Part shown: positions 9,451 to 19,880 of the stretch, in pieces
Position numbering within the stretch: the first letter of the stretch is position 1
Layout of the letters: each line of letters starts with the position of its first letter
Assembly: GCA_963838925.1 (NCBI GenBank)
Contig: CAWISW010000001.1
Coordinates: 256,001 to 320,000 of the forward strand
Source of the DNA: an uncultured Nitrososphaerota archaeon
GTDB lineage: Archaea > Thermoproteota > Nitrososphaeria > Nitrososphaerales > Gagatemarchaeaceae
Length of the DNA stretch: 64,000 bases
Reading direction: 5' to 3'
The notes under the pieces: generated by a model
Told to the model about the DNA's origin: nothing
What the model saw: only the letters and a program-made list of their open reading frames with translations
Database searches by the model: none
Translations under genes and position numbers: made by a program

Positions 9451-9959
9451 ACCTGCTCCTGACCTCCCAGAAGGGGAGCGAGGCCAAAGCTTCCGCCGAG
9501 TTCAAGGAGATCGCGCTGCAGCGGGGCCATCGCAAGCTCCACATCGAGAAGGCGGGCTTCGACGGCATCCTCGAGATAGAGATCGAGAACTCGAGGGACT
9601 TCATCGCCTTCATGCGCGACTACGTGAGGTCTGAGCCTTTCAGGGTCCACTTCATCCAGAGGCTGATCCCGGTGGACGTCGTGGTCGACACCAACCTCGA
9701 GCAGATCAGAGAGGCGGCGACCCAAATCGCTCCGCAGGTCCTTCAGGGAGAGTCGTTCAAGATCGACATCACCGAGAGGGACTCTCCCGTCTCGAGGAAG
9801 GAGCTGATAGACACCATCGCCGAGGTCGTCGACAGGAAGGTCAACCTGAACTCCCCGGACAAGGTGTTCAACGTCGAGGTCTTGGGCGAGTACACCGCGA
9901 TGTCCGTCGTGAGGCCTGACGAGATACTGAGCATCACGAAGCTGAAGCGCTCTTCCTAG
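9447..9959 (+). CDS. THUMP-domain RNA-binding protein (Tan1-like)
   Basis: RLIPVD, ESFKIDITER, KVNLNSPDKVFNVEV. Confidence 0.88.
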   Translation: MNLLLTSQKGSEAKASAEFKEIALQRGHRKLHIEKAGFDGILEIEIENSRDFIAFMRDYVRSEPFRVHFIQRLIPVDVVVDTNLEQIREAATQIAPQVLQGESFKIDITERDSPVSRKELIDTIAEVVDRKVNLNSPDKVFNVEVLGEYTAMSVVRPDEILSITKLKRSS

Positions 9960-10339
9960 AGCCTCACGGAAAGGAGCGCCGCCCGCTCCACCTGGTCCAG
10001 GTCACCCTCCGCGGGCCTCCTGTCTGGAACCTCTGAGAACCTCGTGTCCTTCGCCAGCCTCCTGCTTACGCGAAGCAGCGGCGTGCGGCTCCCTTCCGAC
10101 GCCGCGACCAAGAACAGCCTCACCCCCTTCGACTTGTAGCCCACCCGCCTGAACGCTTCGCCTATCTGCCGGGTCCCTGCGAGGCGCAGGAGCAGGTCGA
10201 GCTCCGGCCGCTCTGCGAGGGTCGCGCCGGAGCGCGCGGCCGTCAGCGTCTGAGCGGCGATCATCTCCACCGCGCCGGTGTTGGGCACTCTGCGAGAGCT
10301 GAAGACCTGGACGATGGCTCCGGGACACTGCTCCCTCAC
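9956..10339 (-). CDS. cgi121: KEOPS complex subunit Cgi121 (frame open further upstream, possible CTG start ~10426)
   Basis: LAERPELDLLLRLAGTRQIGEAFRRVG Cgi121 signature; ends ERAALL. Confidence 0.8.
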   Translation of the reverse strand: MREQCPGAIVQVFSSRRVPNTGAVEMIAAQTLTAARSGATLAERPELDLLLRLAGTRQIGEAFRRVGYKSKGVRLFLVAASEGSRTPLLRVSRRLAKDTRFSEVPDRRPAEGDLDQVERAALLSVRL

Positions 10340-10432
10340 TTCGGCGAGGAGCGCCTCGACCTCGTCCGGCTCGACGGCCGCCTCCCAGCACGCGCAGTGA
10401 ACGGGTCTCTCCAGGCCAGTCGGCAGCGCCCA

Positions 10433-10753
10433 TCACCCTCCGTGCGAGAACGGCACCAGCAGCAGAGAGTCGCCGTCGCTCAGGCGCCTGTCCTTCTGCG
10501 CCGACGCGGAGAAGACCTCGCCTTCGTTGAGGACGAGCAAGGTGTTGTACTTTGTGAATCCGTGGTCGACCTGTGCGGGCCGGCTCGATAGGAGGAGCCC
10601 GAAGAGCTCGTCGACGCTGATCGCGTCGCCGGGCACGTCCATCTTCTCGGCGCCCATGCTAGTCTTGATGTGTCCGAGGAACTTCAGGTGGATCATCGTG
10701 ACCGATGCGCCGCACGCGAGCTGCAGTCGTTTTATCGTTTCCGGAGTGGTCAC
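10433..10753 (-). CDS. Ubiquitin-like MoaD/ThiS/SAMP/Urm1 protein
   Basis: Beta-grasp pattern LVLNEGE...LSDGDSLLLVPFSHGG with C-terminal GG; real start probably ~10696. Confidence 0.85.
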   Translation of the reverse strand: MTTPETIKRLQLACGASVTMIHLKFLGHIKTSMGAEKMDVPGDAISVDELFGLLLSSRPAQVDHGFTKYNTLLVLNEGEVFSASAQKDRRLSDGDSLLLVPFSHGG

Positions 10754-10769
10754 GCGCTCTGAGCGCGGG

Positions 10770-11024
10770 TCAGGCTGTCTCGCCCTGGGCCTCTGCGGCC
10801 TGGGCGACCTGCTCGACGGGCTGGCCTGCCGCCGCCGCCTCCTCGCTCTCGGCGCTCGCTGCGATCATCGCCTTTGTAATCTTGCCCACGAGCTTGTTCC
10901 TGATCATCTTCGAGTGGACGGTCGCGATCTTCGCGAGCTGGGCCTTGTTAGCAGTATAGTCAGTGCCGAACATCCCTGGGTACTTTACCAGGATCTCCTG
11001 CGAGAGCCTGCGGACTCGATCCAT
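10770..11024 (-). CDS. rps17e: 30S ribosomal protein S17e
   Basis: VRRLSQEILVKYP..FGTDYTANK...SKMIRNKLVGKIT. Confidence 0.92.
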   Translation of the reverse strand: MDRVRRLSQEILVKYPGMFGTDYTANKAQLAKIATVHSKMIRNKLVGKITKAMIAASAESEEAAAAGQPVEQVAQAAEAQGETA

Positions 11025-11061
11025 GTCTTGAGGGAGCCCCCGCGAGGGTGGAGATAACCTT

Positions 11062-11830
11062 TCACCTCAGAAACCTCTCCGAATTGGCCGAGATCTGGAT
11101 GGCCGCCTCTTCCAGGCTCTTGCCCCAGAGCTCCGCGAGCTTGAAGGCGACGCTGGGAACCAGCCCGGGACCCCCCGCGCCTCCCAGCGCAGCGAAGGGG
11201 ACCGGCCACGTCGCTCTCGACGAGGACGGACTCGGGGGGGAGCCTCCTTGCCATCCTCAGGAGCTTCTTCGAGTAGAGGAGCGCGGGGCCGAAGGACACG
11301 AAGTAGTTCGCGCGCGAGACGACGCGCTCTAGGTGCTCCTCGCCCTCGAACCAGTGCATGAGAACGGAGCGCGGGGAGTGGCCATCGAGGAGGTCTAGGC
11401 ACGCCTGCTCGGCGCCTCTAGAATGCACCTCCAGGGGCTTGCGAAGGCGCGACGCCGCCTCCACTTGCCCCCTGAAGAGCTTCATCTGGGCGCTTTCCCT
11501 CGAGACCTCGGAGTACTTGGGGTCGAGGCCGACCTCTCCGACGCCGTCCGCCCGCTCCCACAGCGGGGCGAGCCGCTCAAGAGCCGCGGGAGCATTCTCA
11601 GCCTCCGAGGGGTGGACGCCGATGAACGCCCTTACCGCCGAAGGGTTCTCTTCTCGGAGGCTCAGGTTCAGCGCCCCCTCGGCAGGGGCGACAGTCACCG
11701 AGACGAGCCTGATCCCCCTGCTCCGGGCGTCACGGACTACCTCTCTCGGGTCGGGGTATGCGGGGAGGTGGACGTGGGAGTCCCAGAGGGGCGCGAGCTC
11801 GCCGGATGCCAACGCCCTAAGACGCCGCAT
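11062..11830 (-). CDS. tatD: TatD-family nuclease with +1 frameshift at ~11208
   Basis: DSHVH, GVHP, GEVGLD, VHSR, MHWF, VESD. Removing one base restores ESDGPVPF...PSVAFKLAELWGKSLEEAAIQISANSERFLR*. Confidence 0.88.
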
Positions 11831-12008
11831 AGGCCTGATATATCCATTGTAAGGTTGATTTCGTGGTATTAGGCTTCAAAGCCACGTTCTACTGCCGCCA
11901 CGCTTCCAATCGCCGCGAAGACCGCGAGAGAATGCTATCAGAGCAAGGTTGCAAACATTTTAGACCAAACGTTTAATAATTAACCGCGTATTACTCAAAA
12001 CAGTCAGC

Positions 12009-12233
12009 ATGTCCGAGTCTGAGTTTGGGTTGGCCGCGGTGTACCGCCTCATAAAGAAGGCCGGTGCAGAGCGGGTGGGGGACGACGCGGCCATAGAACT
12101 CCGCATCGTGCTTGAGGAGGTCGGGCTCCAGATCGCGAGACAGGCGACGGAGTTCGCGAAGCACGCGGGCAGGAAGACCGTGAAGCCCTCTGACGTGAAG
12201 CTCGCGGCCAAGGCCGTTCTGAAGACCGCTTAG
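12009..12233 (+). CDS. Archaeal histone (HMf type)
   Basis: [20 protein letters not shown]...[14 protein letters not shown] histone fold; AT-rich promoter upstream. Confidence 0.96.
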   Translation: MSESEFGLAAVYRLIKKAGAERVGDDAAIELRIVLEEVGLQIARQATEFAKHAGRKTVKPSDVKLAAKAVLKTA

Positions 12234-12275
12234 TATACCAGCTTTTAATCCGGCTCCGATGGCCCGCTCGCATGG

Positions 12276-12353
12276 GCCCCGGTAGTGTAGTCCGGTCAAG
12301 CATGTTACCCTCTCGAGGTAGCGACCTGGGTTCAAATCCCGGCCGGGGCACCA
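12276..12353 (+). tRNA. tRNA-Glu(CTC), CCA encoded
   Basis: GCCCCGG/CCGGGGC acceptor stem; TTACC-CTCTCGA-GGTAG anticodon arm; GTTCAAATC. Confidence 0.95.
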
Positions 12354-12396
12354 TTCACGCTTCCTGCGCAGAGCCGCGGGGGTCGGAGCTGGAGAG

Positions 12397-13365
12397 TTGG
12401 AAGGCCGAATAGTAGGCGTATTCGGGACCGACGCGGCCGCGAAGGCGGGACTCCTCGGCCCGATCACGAAGAAGAGCGAGGCCGAGGGGACGCTCGTCGT
12501 CCACCGCAGGGTCGAGGGAGGCGTCAACTACTCGTTCCTCGAGGACGCCCAGTTCCCTGAGAAGATCCAGGGGTACTCTCGCATCGCTTCGTTCTCGGAC
12601 TACGCGCTCTACGTCCTCCCGAAGTTCGGGAAGATATCCCCGCCCGACGGGGAGCTCGCCGTCACCCTCGACGCCTTCGGCTTGGACGGCGCCATACTGG
12701 CCGTCGACGAGGAGCCGCCCTCGGGCATAGGGTCCTACTTCAAGGGCACGCGGCTCGAGACCTTCGGAGCCAGCAGCAGGAGCTCTCATTCCTCGGTGAT
12801 TGACCTGGCCGCCGTCAAGTCGGGCCCGAACGTCCCGCCGAAGGGCACGCTGGTCTACATCGACCGCGCCTTCAGCGTGAAGGGCGTCGGCGTCGTCGTC
12901 CTGGGGTTCGTCCTCGGAGGGAAGATCAGCGTTCACGACGAGCTGCGCCTCATCCCTCAAGTCGAGGGCAAGAGGGCGGAGGTCAGGGGGATACAGGTGA
13001 GCGACGAGGACCAGGAGAGCGTGGGGAGGGGGCTCAGGGTGGGCCTCTCGCTCAAGGGCGTGGAGCTGAAGGACCTTGACAAGGTCTCGTGGATGGACGA
13101 CGGGAGCTTCGACGTCAAGGACCACGTCCCGTTCGAGTTCAGGCAGAGCAGGTTCTACAAGCAGGGAGTGGACGGGCGCGACCTCCACCTCCAGCTCCCT
13201 GGCGAGATCCTCACGTGCAAGCTCAAGGCCGACAGCCCTGGCGGGACCTCGGTCACAGCTTCCCTTCCCTCGGGCGCCCCCTTCTGGGAGGGGATGAGGG
13301 TCAGCGTGGTCGACCTCAACGGCAAGGGCCTGCGCGTCGCGGGCGGCGGCACGTGCCGCGCGTGA
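12397..13365 (+). CDS. SelB-like/EF-Tu domain II translation-factor homolog with degenerate G domain
   Basis: IDRAFSVKGVGVVVLGFV..G...EVRGIQ...RVGLSLKGV matches EF-Tu domain II; no intact P-loop. Confidence 0.8.
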   Translation: MEGRIVGVFGTDAAAKAGLLGPITKKSEAEGTLVVHRRVEGGVNYSFLEDAQFPEKIQGYSRIASFSDYALYVLPKFGKISPPDGELAVTLDAFGLDGAILAVDEEPPSGIGSYFKGTRLETFGASSRSSHSSVIDLAAVKSGPNVPPKGTLVYIDRAFSVKGVGVVVLGFVLGGKISVHDELRLIPQVEGKRAEVRGIQVSDEDQESVGRGLRVGLSLKGVELKDLDKVSWMDDGSFDVKDHVPFEFRQSRFYKQGVDGRDLHLQLPGEILTCKLKADSPGGTSVTASLPSGAPFWEGMRVSVVDLNGKGLRVAGGGTCRA

Positions 13366-13409
13366 TCTTGAACAACGATTATAGCCCGGCACCAACGGTT
13401 TCCTCTGAA

Positions 13410-13958
13410 GTGTCTTCTTCAAAGTCAGAGGTGATCACCTTCGGCGGAGGCTGCTTCTGGTGCCTCGACGCGGTCTTCACCGACATGAAGGGCGTCGAGC
13501 AGGTGCTCTCGGGCTACTCGGGGGGCACTGTGGCGAACCCCAGCTACGACGACGTCTGCACCGGCGAGACGGGGCACGCGGAGGTCGTCCAGCTCACGTT
13601 CGACCCCGGGGTCGTCTCGCTTCGCGAGCTCCTGAAGGTCTTCTTCACCCTCCACGACCCGACGACAAAGGACAGGCAGGGGAACGACGCGGGGACGCAG
13701 TACCGCTCGGTCATACTATACAGGGACGCCGCCCAGAAGGCCGCAGCAGAGGAAGTGATGAAGGAGATCGACGCGTCCAAGGTCTGGGGCGCCAAGGCCG
13801 TCACCCAGATCCAGCCGTTCAAGGCATTCTACAAGGCCGAGGACTACCACCAGGGCTACTACAGAAGGAACCCGATGCAGCCGTACTGCCAGGTCGTCAT
13901 ACGTCCCAAGGTCGCGAAGCTGAGGAAGTCGTACCTCGGGATGCTGAAGGCCTCCTGA
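13410..13958 (+). CDS. msrA: Peptide methionine sulfoxide reductase MsrA
   Basis: GGGCFWC, GETGHAEVVQ, HDPT..DRQGND.GTQYRS, AEDYHQ. Confidence 0.96.
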   Translation: MSSSKSEVITFGGGCFWCLDAVFTDMKGVEQVLSGYSGGTVANPSYDDVCTGETGHAEVVQLTFDPGVVSLRELLKVFFTLHDPTTKDRQGNDAGTQYRSVILYRDAAQKAAAEEVMKEIDASKVWGAKAVTQIQPFKAFYKAEDYHQGYYRRNPMQPYCQVVIRPKVAKLRKSYLGMLKAS

Positions 13959-14011
13959 CCCTGCTCGAGCCCCGCAACACCCCTTTTACGCCCGCGCGCA
14001 GCCGACCGGCC

Positions 14012-14575
14012 GTGCGCGGCATCGTAGGCATATCGGGTACTCCTGGGACGGGCAAGAAGACAGTCGCCCCGAAGGTCGCCGAGCTCCTGGACCTGCCCCC
14101 GCCGGTATCAATCAACTCGCTCGCGCCGAAAGGGACGTCGGACGTCGACCCGGCCAAGCTGAGGAGCCGCCTGCTGAGGATGAGGCCGGCTCGGGTCGTG
14201 GTCTTCGGGCACCTCCTGCCCCACGTGCTAAGAAAGCCCGAGGTGGCGCTCGTCGCCGTGCTGAGGTGCGAGCCCTCCGTGCTGAGGGCCAGGCTCGAGC
14301 GAAGGGGGTATCCATCCGGCAAGGTCACGCAGAACGTCGAGGCGGAGCTCATCGGAGTCGTCCTCGACGAGTGCGTGTTCAGGTTCGGAAGGGACCTCGT
14401 GCGCGAGTATGACACGACGACCGCTCCCCCCGAGAAGGTCGCGAAGGCCATCGCGAAGGACGCCAAGAAGCCGGGGCGCCCGCCGCGCTCCTGGATAGAC
14501 TGGACGCTCGGCTACGACTCTTCAAGCAAGTTGAGGTCTCTCCTCACCGGCGGCGAGCCTCCCGCCTCGACCTGA
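14012..14575 (+). CDS. Adenylate kinase 6 / Fap7 homolog
   Basis: ISGTPGTGKK, GH motif, LRCEPSVLRARLERRGY..KV..NVEAE. Confidence 0.85.
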   Translation: MRGIVGISGTPGTGKKTVAPKVAELLDLPPPVSINSLAPKGTSDVDPAKLRSRLLRMRPARVVVFGHLLPHVLRKPEVALVAVLRCEPSVLRARLERRGYPSGKVTQNVEAELIGVVLDECVFRFGRDLVREYDTTTAPPEKVAKAIAKDAKKPGRPPRSWIDWTLGYDSSSKLRSLLTGGEPPAST

Positions 14576-16294
14576 ACGAGGAGCGGCTTTTGGAGCCTGG
14601 TGAGGCTCACCACGGCCTCCCCGACTCCGAGTGTGGAGACGTACGCGAGCTGCTCCTGGGTGAGGTTCAGCGAGTCGCGCACCAGCCTGAGGTCCTCCGC
14701 CCACGCGACCCTGTGGATTATCCTCACCCCGGAGTTCTTCACCACCTCAGAAGCCACCTGGCTTGGGAACTGCGCCACGAAGAGCATCGACTCCCCGAAC
14801 TTCCTCAGCTCCGATATCATCCTCTCCCCCACGCTCGGCGGGTCCTCCTCCCTCCTCACGGGCGCGACGTTCCTCGCCTCCTCGATCATCATGAGGTGCT
14901 CCATCCTCACCTTCCTCGCCAGCCTCATCTCATAGACCAGCTTCATGAGGATGTCCGCGAAGACGCCCCTCGAGAGCGTCTCCCTGATGTGCCCCAGCTC
15001 GACGCAGAGCACCTTGTCGAGCAGCTCGTCGACCGTGTGGCTCGAGGGCGAGTTGAATGCCCGGCCCGACGTGGCCCTGCGTGAGGGGCACGAGCCTCCT
15101 CAGCAGGGCGACCTTCGTCTCGTTGTCGTACGCGGACCTCAGGGGGTAGCTCTCGATCGTGCTCACAAGCGAGGCGAGCGTCGGGACCTCCCTCTCCGGC
15201 GCCTCGGAAAGGCACCGCTGGAGGGCGTTCCTGAACATGTACGCCTGGGGGTGGGTGAAGTGGTACGTGTCAGAGAAGATGTCGGTGACCATCTCAACGT
15301 GCTCGGAGGGCTCGGCGGCCGGACCCATGTCCATAGGGTTGATGGCGAAGTCGTCCTTGCCCGGCGAGAGCACCTGCCCCCCGACCGAGCGCACGAGGTC
15401 CGCGTGCTCGTTGTGCCAGTCGAGCACCATCACCGGGAGGCCCATCGCCGCGACCTGCCGCACTATCACCCCCGCGGTCGTGGACTTGCCGGAGCCCGTC
15501 ATCCCCATCAGGGTGACGTGCCTCCTGAGGTCCTCGAGCTGCAGCCTGAACTCGTGGGAAGTCCCCGACCGCGACTTTACCCTGCCGAGGAGGATCCCCT
15601 CCCCGCGCTCTCCGGACTCCTTTGAGTTCGGGATGTAAAAGTCGGGCGACGCGCTCGCGGGCGCCACGTTGGGCCCGTGCCCCTCGAAGGACTCGAGCGT
15701 GCTGAGCGTCGCGGAGTCTGCCACCTGCCTGAGCTTGGGCTCCGAGGGCAGCAGGAGCGCCTGCGCGAACCCCACCAGCTCGTTCCTCGTGAGGCGCCTC
15801 ACGGACGAGTTGGGGAGCCCGACCGAGAGCGTGGCCGCGAGGGTCGATGCGTTCTGCTCGCACTCGGTCTTCGCCGCCTGCATCTCCTTCCCCCTCGCGT
15901 CGACCCACGTCCCCACCACGAGGTCGAACTCGAAGATCTGGTTCTCCTCTTCCTCGTCCTGGTTCGACGGCTTGACCATCATCGTGTAGAGGAACGGGAT
16001 CTTCGCCCTGTGGAGCCCGTCGAGGAGCCCCTTCATCCGCTGGTGCTGGAGCGTGATCCTCACCGCCGCCGAGTAGTCCAGCTTCGACTCCTCTAGGGAG
16101 TCGGACAGGTGCACCCTGAGCAGGGAGAACGTCCGGTGGCTGTTAGACCTCGTCGTCACGAGATACCTCCCTTCGACCACGTCGACCGAGTCGAGCTTGA
16201 GCGGGACGCTGCTGGCGAGCCTCCATTTGAGGCGGGAGAGGAGGTTTCCCGCCCCCCTCCCCAGGCCATTGACCGCGTCTTCCTCGGCGACCAT
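14512..16294 (-). CDS. HerA/FtsK/VirB4-like (DUF87) ATPase with +1 frameshift at ~15065
   Basis: HVTLMGMTGSGKS Walker A, LDWHNE; after the frame change LMMIEEAR, ELRKFG, AQFPSQ. Joins track ORFs 14930..16903 and 14512..15012. Confidence 0.85.
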
Positions 16295-16305
16295 GGTCCG
16301 CGGGA

Positions 16306-16524
16306 TCACCAGTGGAAGGCGGAGCTGAAAAGGTCGTTCAGGCTTGAGGAGATGGACGTCCAGATGTTCGACGTGAGGCTCCCGGCCTGCTTCAGGATGG
16401 TGTCCACGCCTCCCACGAGCAGGGAGAGCGCCACCAGCGCGACCGATAGCAGGAGGGCCTCCTCGATGAGCTGCGCCGCAGCCCTGTTCTTTCTCAACCT
16501 TGGGATTATCCTTTCGATGATCAT
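16306..16524 (-). CDS. Flp/type IV major pilin candidate
   Basis: Basic leader RLRKNRA, then AQLIEEALLLSVALVALSLL with Glu at about +5; 72 aa. Confidence 0.75.
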   Translation of the reverse strand: MIIERIIPRLRKNRAAAQLIEEALLLSVALVALSLLVGGVDTILKQAGSLTSNIWTSISSSLNDLFSSAFHW

Positions 16525-16569
16525 TGCGGAGATACTCCGGCGTTTTATTTAACCTCCCACGGTGGCACC

Positions 16570-17220
16570 TCACGGGCCCACGCTGAACGATGCGAGCGGC
16601 CCCAAGAAGTAGACCACCCCGAGGAACGCCGCCAGGGAGACTGCCACGTTGAGGTACGGCCGCCGGGGAGAGAGGAAGAGGCCGAGGCAAAGCGCGCTCG
16701 GGAGCAGGAACACCGCCCCCTCGTAGGGGGTGAGGCCTGGCGCGGCCTGCGGGGAGGGAGTGAGCGCGATCTGGAAGCTCGAGATCACCGGAGCGAGCGT
16801 TGAGAGCATCCCCACCACGACTCCTGCCACGGTCGAGACTATGAGGCCCCTGAACTCCATGACCTTCCTCTCCATCGCCTTCTTCTCCTTGATGAGCGTC
16901 CACCTGTCGAAGAGCGAAGAGAGCCTTTCGGCGCCCTTGCTCGCCTCCGAGGAGCTGATCCTTGCCAGGGCGGTGACGAACCGAAGGAGCTCCCCGGATG
17001 GGCCCGTCTCTGCCACCAGGCTTTGGAAGGCCGCCTGGACCGGGGTCCCGAGCAGGATCATCCTGACCGCGTCGCGCTCCCGCTCGTCCCTTGAGCTGGA
17101 GAACTCCCGCACGAACGAGGCGGCGAACCCGAGACCGCTAGAGGACCGCTTGAGCACCGCGCGGAGCCTCCTCATGACCTCGAGCTCGGAGGCCGTCGTT
17201 CCCGAACTGGGTTTCCTCAC
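16570..17220 (-). CDS. Type IV pilus platform protein (TadC/T2SS-F-like)
   Basis: Helical N-terminal part (ILLGTPVQAAF), three C-terminal TM segments; in operon with the secretion ATPase. Confidence 0.65.
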   Translation of the reverse strand: MRKPSSGTTASELEVMRRLRAVLKRSSSGLGFAASFVREFSSSRDERERDAVRMILLGTPVQAAFQSLVAETGPSGELLRFVTALARISSSEASKGAERLSSLFDRWTLIKEKKAMERKVMEFRGLIVSTVAGVVVGMLSTLAPVISSFQIALTPSPQAAPGLTPYEGAVFLLPSALCLGLFLSPRRPYLNVAVSLAAFLGVVYFLGPLASFSVGP

Positions 17221-17939
17221 GGCTTCGCCCCCGTGCCCCAGTCGACCGAGCTGCCCGAGACTGAGAGCGCGATGTCGAGGATGACCACCTCCAGGACCGC
17301 CAGCGCCGCGATCGAGGCCAGCCCCGACGCCTTCGTCATCGCCGCGAAGAGCATCAGCATGATGGGAAGGAAGAACGAGACCGCGATGAAGACCGGGAGC
17401 TTGGTCTCCTCGTCCAGTCCGCTGGAGTTCAGGATGGCGTCGAGCTCGTCGCCGCCCTCGTCGACCCTCGTCCTGTCGACTCCCAGCACCGAGTCGAGGA
17501 CGGTCTTGACAGACTCTGAATGGACGCTTCCCTCAGGCCCCGCCCCCTGGATCGCCGACGGGGGGTCGTAGCCGAGGAGGATTCCCCTCCTGACATCGGC
17601 CATGAACGACCTCAACCCCTTCTCTTCAGGGCGCAGCATGAGGAGCGTCTTGCTGCGCGAGGAGGTGGACGCCAGATAGATGTTCGACGACGCGGCGAAC
17701 GAGGGCGCGTCCCTGGTCTGCTCGAAGGTCGCGACGCGAAGGCTCCGCCTCGGAGCGGTGGAGACGATGTAGCAGCCCCCCGCGCCCGCCATCGCGCCCA
17801 GCACAAGGGAGACCGAGCCCAGCCTGAGCTCGTCGCCAAGGAGGGCGACCGTAACGAAAAGCGATGCCCCGACCGACGTGGCGAAGGCGAGTACCCTGCG
17901 GCTGTCTAGCCCCGCCTCCTCCCAGGACCGGACCCTCAA
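17217..17939 (-). CDS. Type IV pilus platform protein (TadB/T2SS-F-like)
   Basis: TTG start overlapping the ATPase stop; 2 N-terminal and 2 C-terminal TM segments around a helical domain (ILLGYDPPSAI). Confidence 0.65.
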   Translation of the reverse strand: MRVRSWEEAGLDSRRVLAFATSVGASLFVTVALLGDELRLGSVSLVLGAMAGAGGCYIVSTAPRRSLRVATFEQTRDAPSFAASSNIYLASTSSRSKTLLMLRPEEKGLRSFMADVRRGILLGYDPPSAIQGAGPEGSVHSESVKTVLDSVLGVDRTRVDEGGDELDAILNSSGLDEETKLPVFIAVSFFLPIMLMLFAAMTKASGLASIAALAVLEVVILDIALSVSGSSVDWGTGAKP

Positions 17940-19432
17940 GGCAGAGCAGCCCTTTCGCGGTGCGCCTCCCCTATCAGCTCGATCTGCCTCTCGACGCTCG
18001 ACAGGAAAGCCTCCCTTGCGCTCGAGGCGAGCGGGAGGTCGAGCTGCTCCCACGCCGCGGCCCTCCGGAGCGGGCCCTCCGGGGCGCGGAGGTAGAGCCT
18101 CACGAGCCAGGCGTCCGCGCCGACCTCCGTGCCCTCCGAAGCCTGCCTTCGCGATACGGCCGATATGCTCTGGACGCACCTCCGCGAAGAGAGCCTCTGG
18201 GGCCTGGACATCTGCACGAGTACCCCGAGGTCGAGGAGGTTCGCCTTTGAGATGCCGTGCAGCTCCAGCCACCTTCGTATCGCCTGCTCTGGCGAGGACG
18301 AATGGAAGGTCTGGAGCCCCCTGACTCCGGCAGAGAGAGCCTGGAAGAACGCCCTGCTGTGCTCCTCGGACTGGATCTCGCCGAGTATCACCAGGTCGGG
18401 CGACCTGTGGAGTATCTTCGTTATCTCGGCTGACTTTGTGCGCTGGGTCTCTCCTCCCCTCTCGAAGGGGTCGACCCGCAGCTTCAGCTGGTGGTATCCG
18501 CGGTCGAGGAGGTCCTTGGTCTCCACCGCGTCCTCGACGTAGACCCTTCGGAACCTGGGGTCGAGCGCCTCGTCCAGGGCGTTCAGCAGCGTGGTCTTTC
18601 CCGTCCCAGTCTCGCCGACTATGGTCACGTTGACGCCGGCCTCGAGGGATGCGACCAGGAAGGCGGCGGCCTCCACGGAGAGCACCTCAATGCCGACGAG
18701 GTCGCCTATCGTCAGGGCGTTTGACGTCAGCTTGCGGACGTCTAGCGAGAACCCGCTCACGGCCAGCGGGTCCAGGTCGAGGGAGACGCGTAGCCTCGTC
18801 CCGAAGACGTCGAACTCGTTCTTGAGCGAAGGGTTGGCGTAGTCGAGCGTGTATCCCTTGAACGTGTCCATGTGGGTCTCGAGCGCCTTCCTCTCCCTCT
18901 CGGTGAGGAAGATGCGGCTGTCACACCTCCCGTACTTGGCGTGGTCCAGATATACCGGGGAGTTCGGCGAGTCGAGGAAGAACTCCTGCACGTTCTTGTC
19001 TCGCGAGAGCGCGAAGACCGTGGGGAGCCCCACGGCCTCGAAGGCAGCGAGGCGCGAGAGCTCCCTCACCATACCGAGGTCTCTGATCTTGGAGAGCTCG
19101 TTCGCCGCCATCTGGCCCAACACCTCGACGAGCCTCGCGAAGCTGAGCGGCTCGACCTGCTCCGGCGAGAGCCTCTGGCTTATCCTCGCGACGGCCGACC
19201 TGAGCAGGGAAATGTTCTCGGGTCCCAGGACGGGCACTATCTCGTAGAGGGTCGGCGCCCCCTCAGAGTCTCCCTTCCTGATCTCGCACCTGAATATCCC
19301 GTTGGGGTAGGAGTCCACCAGCTGCGCGTCGGACGACTGGAGAAGCTCGACGAGTAGCGGCCCGCCCTTCGGCGTGCCGGGCCCCTTCTTCCTGGCGAAC
19401 CGGTGCAGCGCGTCCTCGACCCTCCCGATCAT
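17936..19432 (-). CDS. Type II/IV secretion ATPase (TadA/CpaF/VirB11/ArlI family)
   Basis: GETGTGKTTLLNAL, VEDAVE, LHRSPDLVILGEIQ, QTFHS. Confidence 0.92.
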   Translation of the reverse strand: MIGRVEDALHRFARKKGPGTPKGGPLLVELLQSSDAQLVDSYPNGIFRCEIRKGDSEGAPTLYEIVPVLGPENISLLRSAVARISQRLSPEQVEPLSFARLVEVLGQMAANELSKIRDLGMVRELSRLAAFEAVGLPTVFALSRDKNVQEFFLDSPNSPVYLDHAKYGRCDSRIFLTERERKALETHMDTFKGYTLDYANPSLKNEFDVFGTRLRVSLDLDPLAVSGFSLDVRKLTSNALTIGDLVGIEVLSVEAAAFLVASLEAGVNVTIVGETGTGKTTLLNALDEALDPRFRRVYVEDAVETKDLLDRGYHQLKLRVDPFERGGETQRTKSAEITKILHRSPDLVILGEIQSEEHSRAFFQALSAGVRGLQTFHSSSPEQAIRRWLELHGISKANLLDLGVLVQMSRPQRLSSRRCVQSISAVSRRQASEGTEVGADAWLVRLYLRAPEGPLRRAAAWEQLDLPLASSAREAFLSSVERQIELIGEAHRERAALP

Positions 19433-19514
19433 CTGGTTGAGAGCCTGCGCGAGTAATAAAGCGCCAACGCGTGGACGCTTAAATTTCAACCGCGCCTCTT
19501 CTCACGCTTCTCCC

Positions 19515-19880
19515 ATGGTCGAGCTGATCGAGTACGTAATCATCTTCGGAATCTCTGCCAGCTTGGCCGGGGCCAGCGTGATGCTGGTCAACGGGGCCAT
19601 GCCCGGCCTCGCACAGGTGGCCGCCGTCTCAAAGTCAGACCAGGTAGCGGGTGCCGCGCGCATCGCGGTGGTCGAGGGGAGGAACGTCACCCTCATCCTC
19701 CCGCTGCAAGGGGCCTCGGTCGCCTGCGGAGCGGGGACGCTGTCGGTCTCCACGGGGGGCGCCAGCATGGCGTACGACTTGGGCTTCCCATGCTCCTTCG
19801 ACTATCACGGCCTCAACGGAACCTGCGCGCTCGTCTTCTCGGCCCCTGCCGAGTCACTCCAGCTGGGGGCGACGTGCTAG
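19515..19880 (+). CDS. Minor pilin-like protein
   Basis: MVELIEYVIIFGISASLAG: N-terminal hydrophobic helix with EY; Cys-containing beta-rich C-terminus. Confidence 0.65.
   Translation: MVELIEYVIIFGISASLAGASVMLVNGAMPGLAQVAAVSKSDQVAGAARIAVVEGRNVTLILPLQGASVACGAGTLSVSTGGASMAYDLGFPCSFDYHGLNGTCALVFSAPAESLQLGATC

Noticed and set aside
11200-11215. tatD C-terminal extension overlapping rps17e
   Set aside because: Artefact of one extra base; the corrected frame stops at 11062 with a typical TatD C-terminus.
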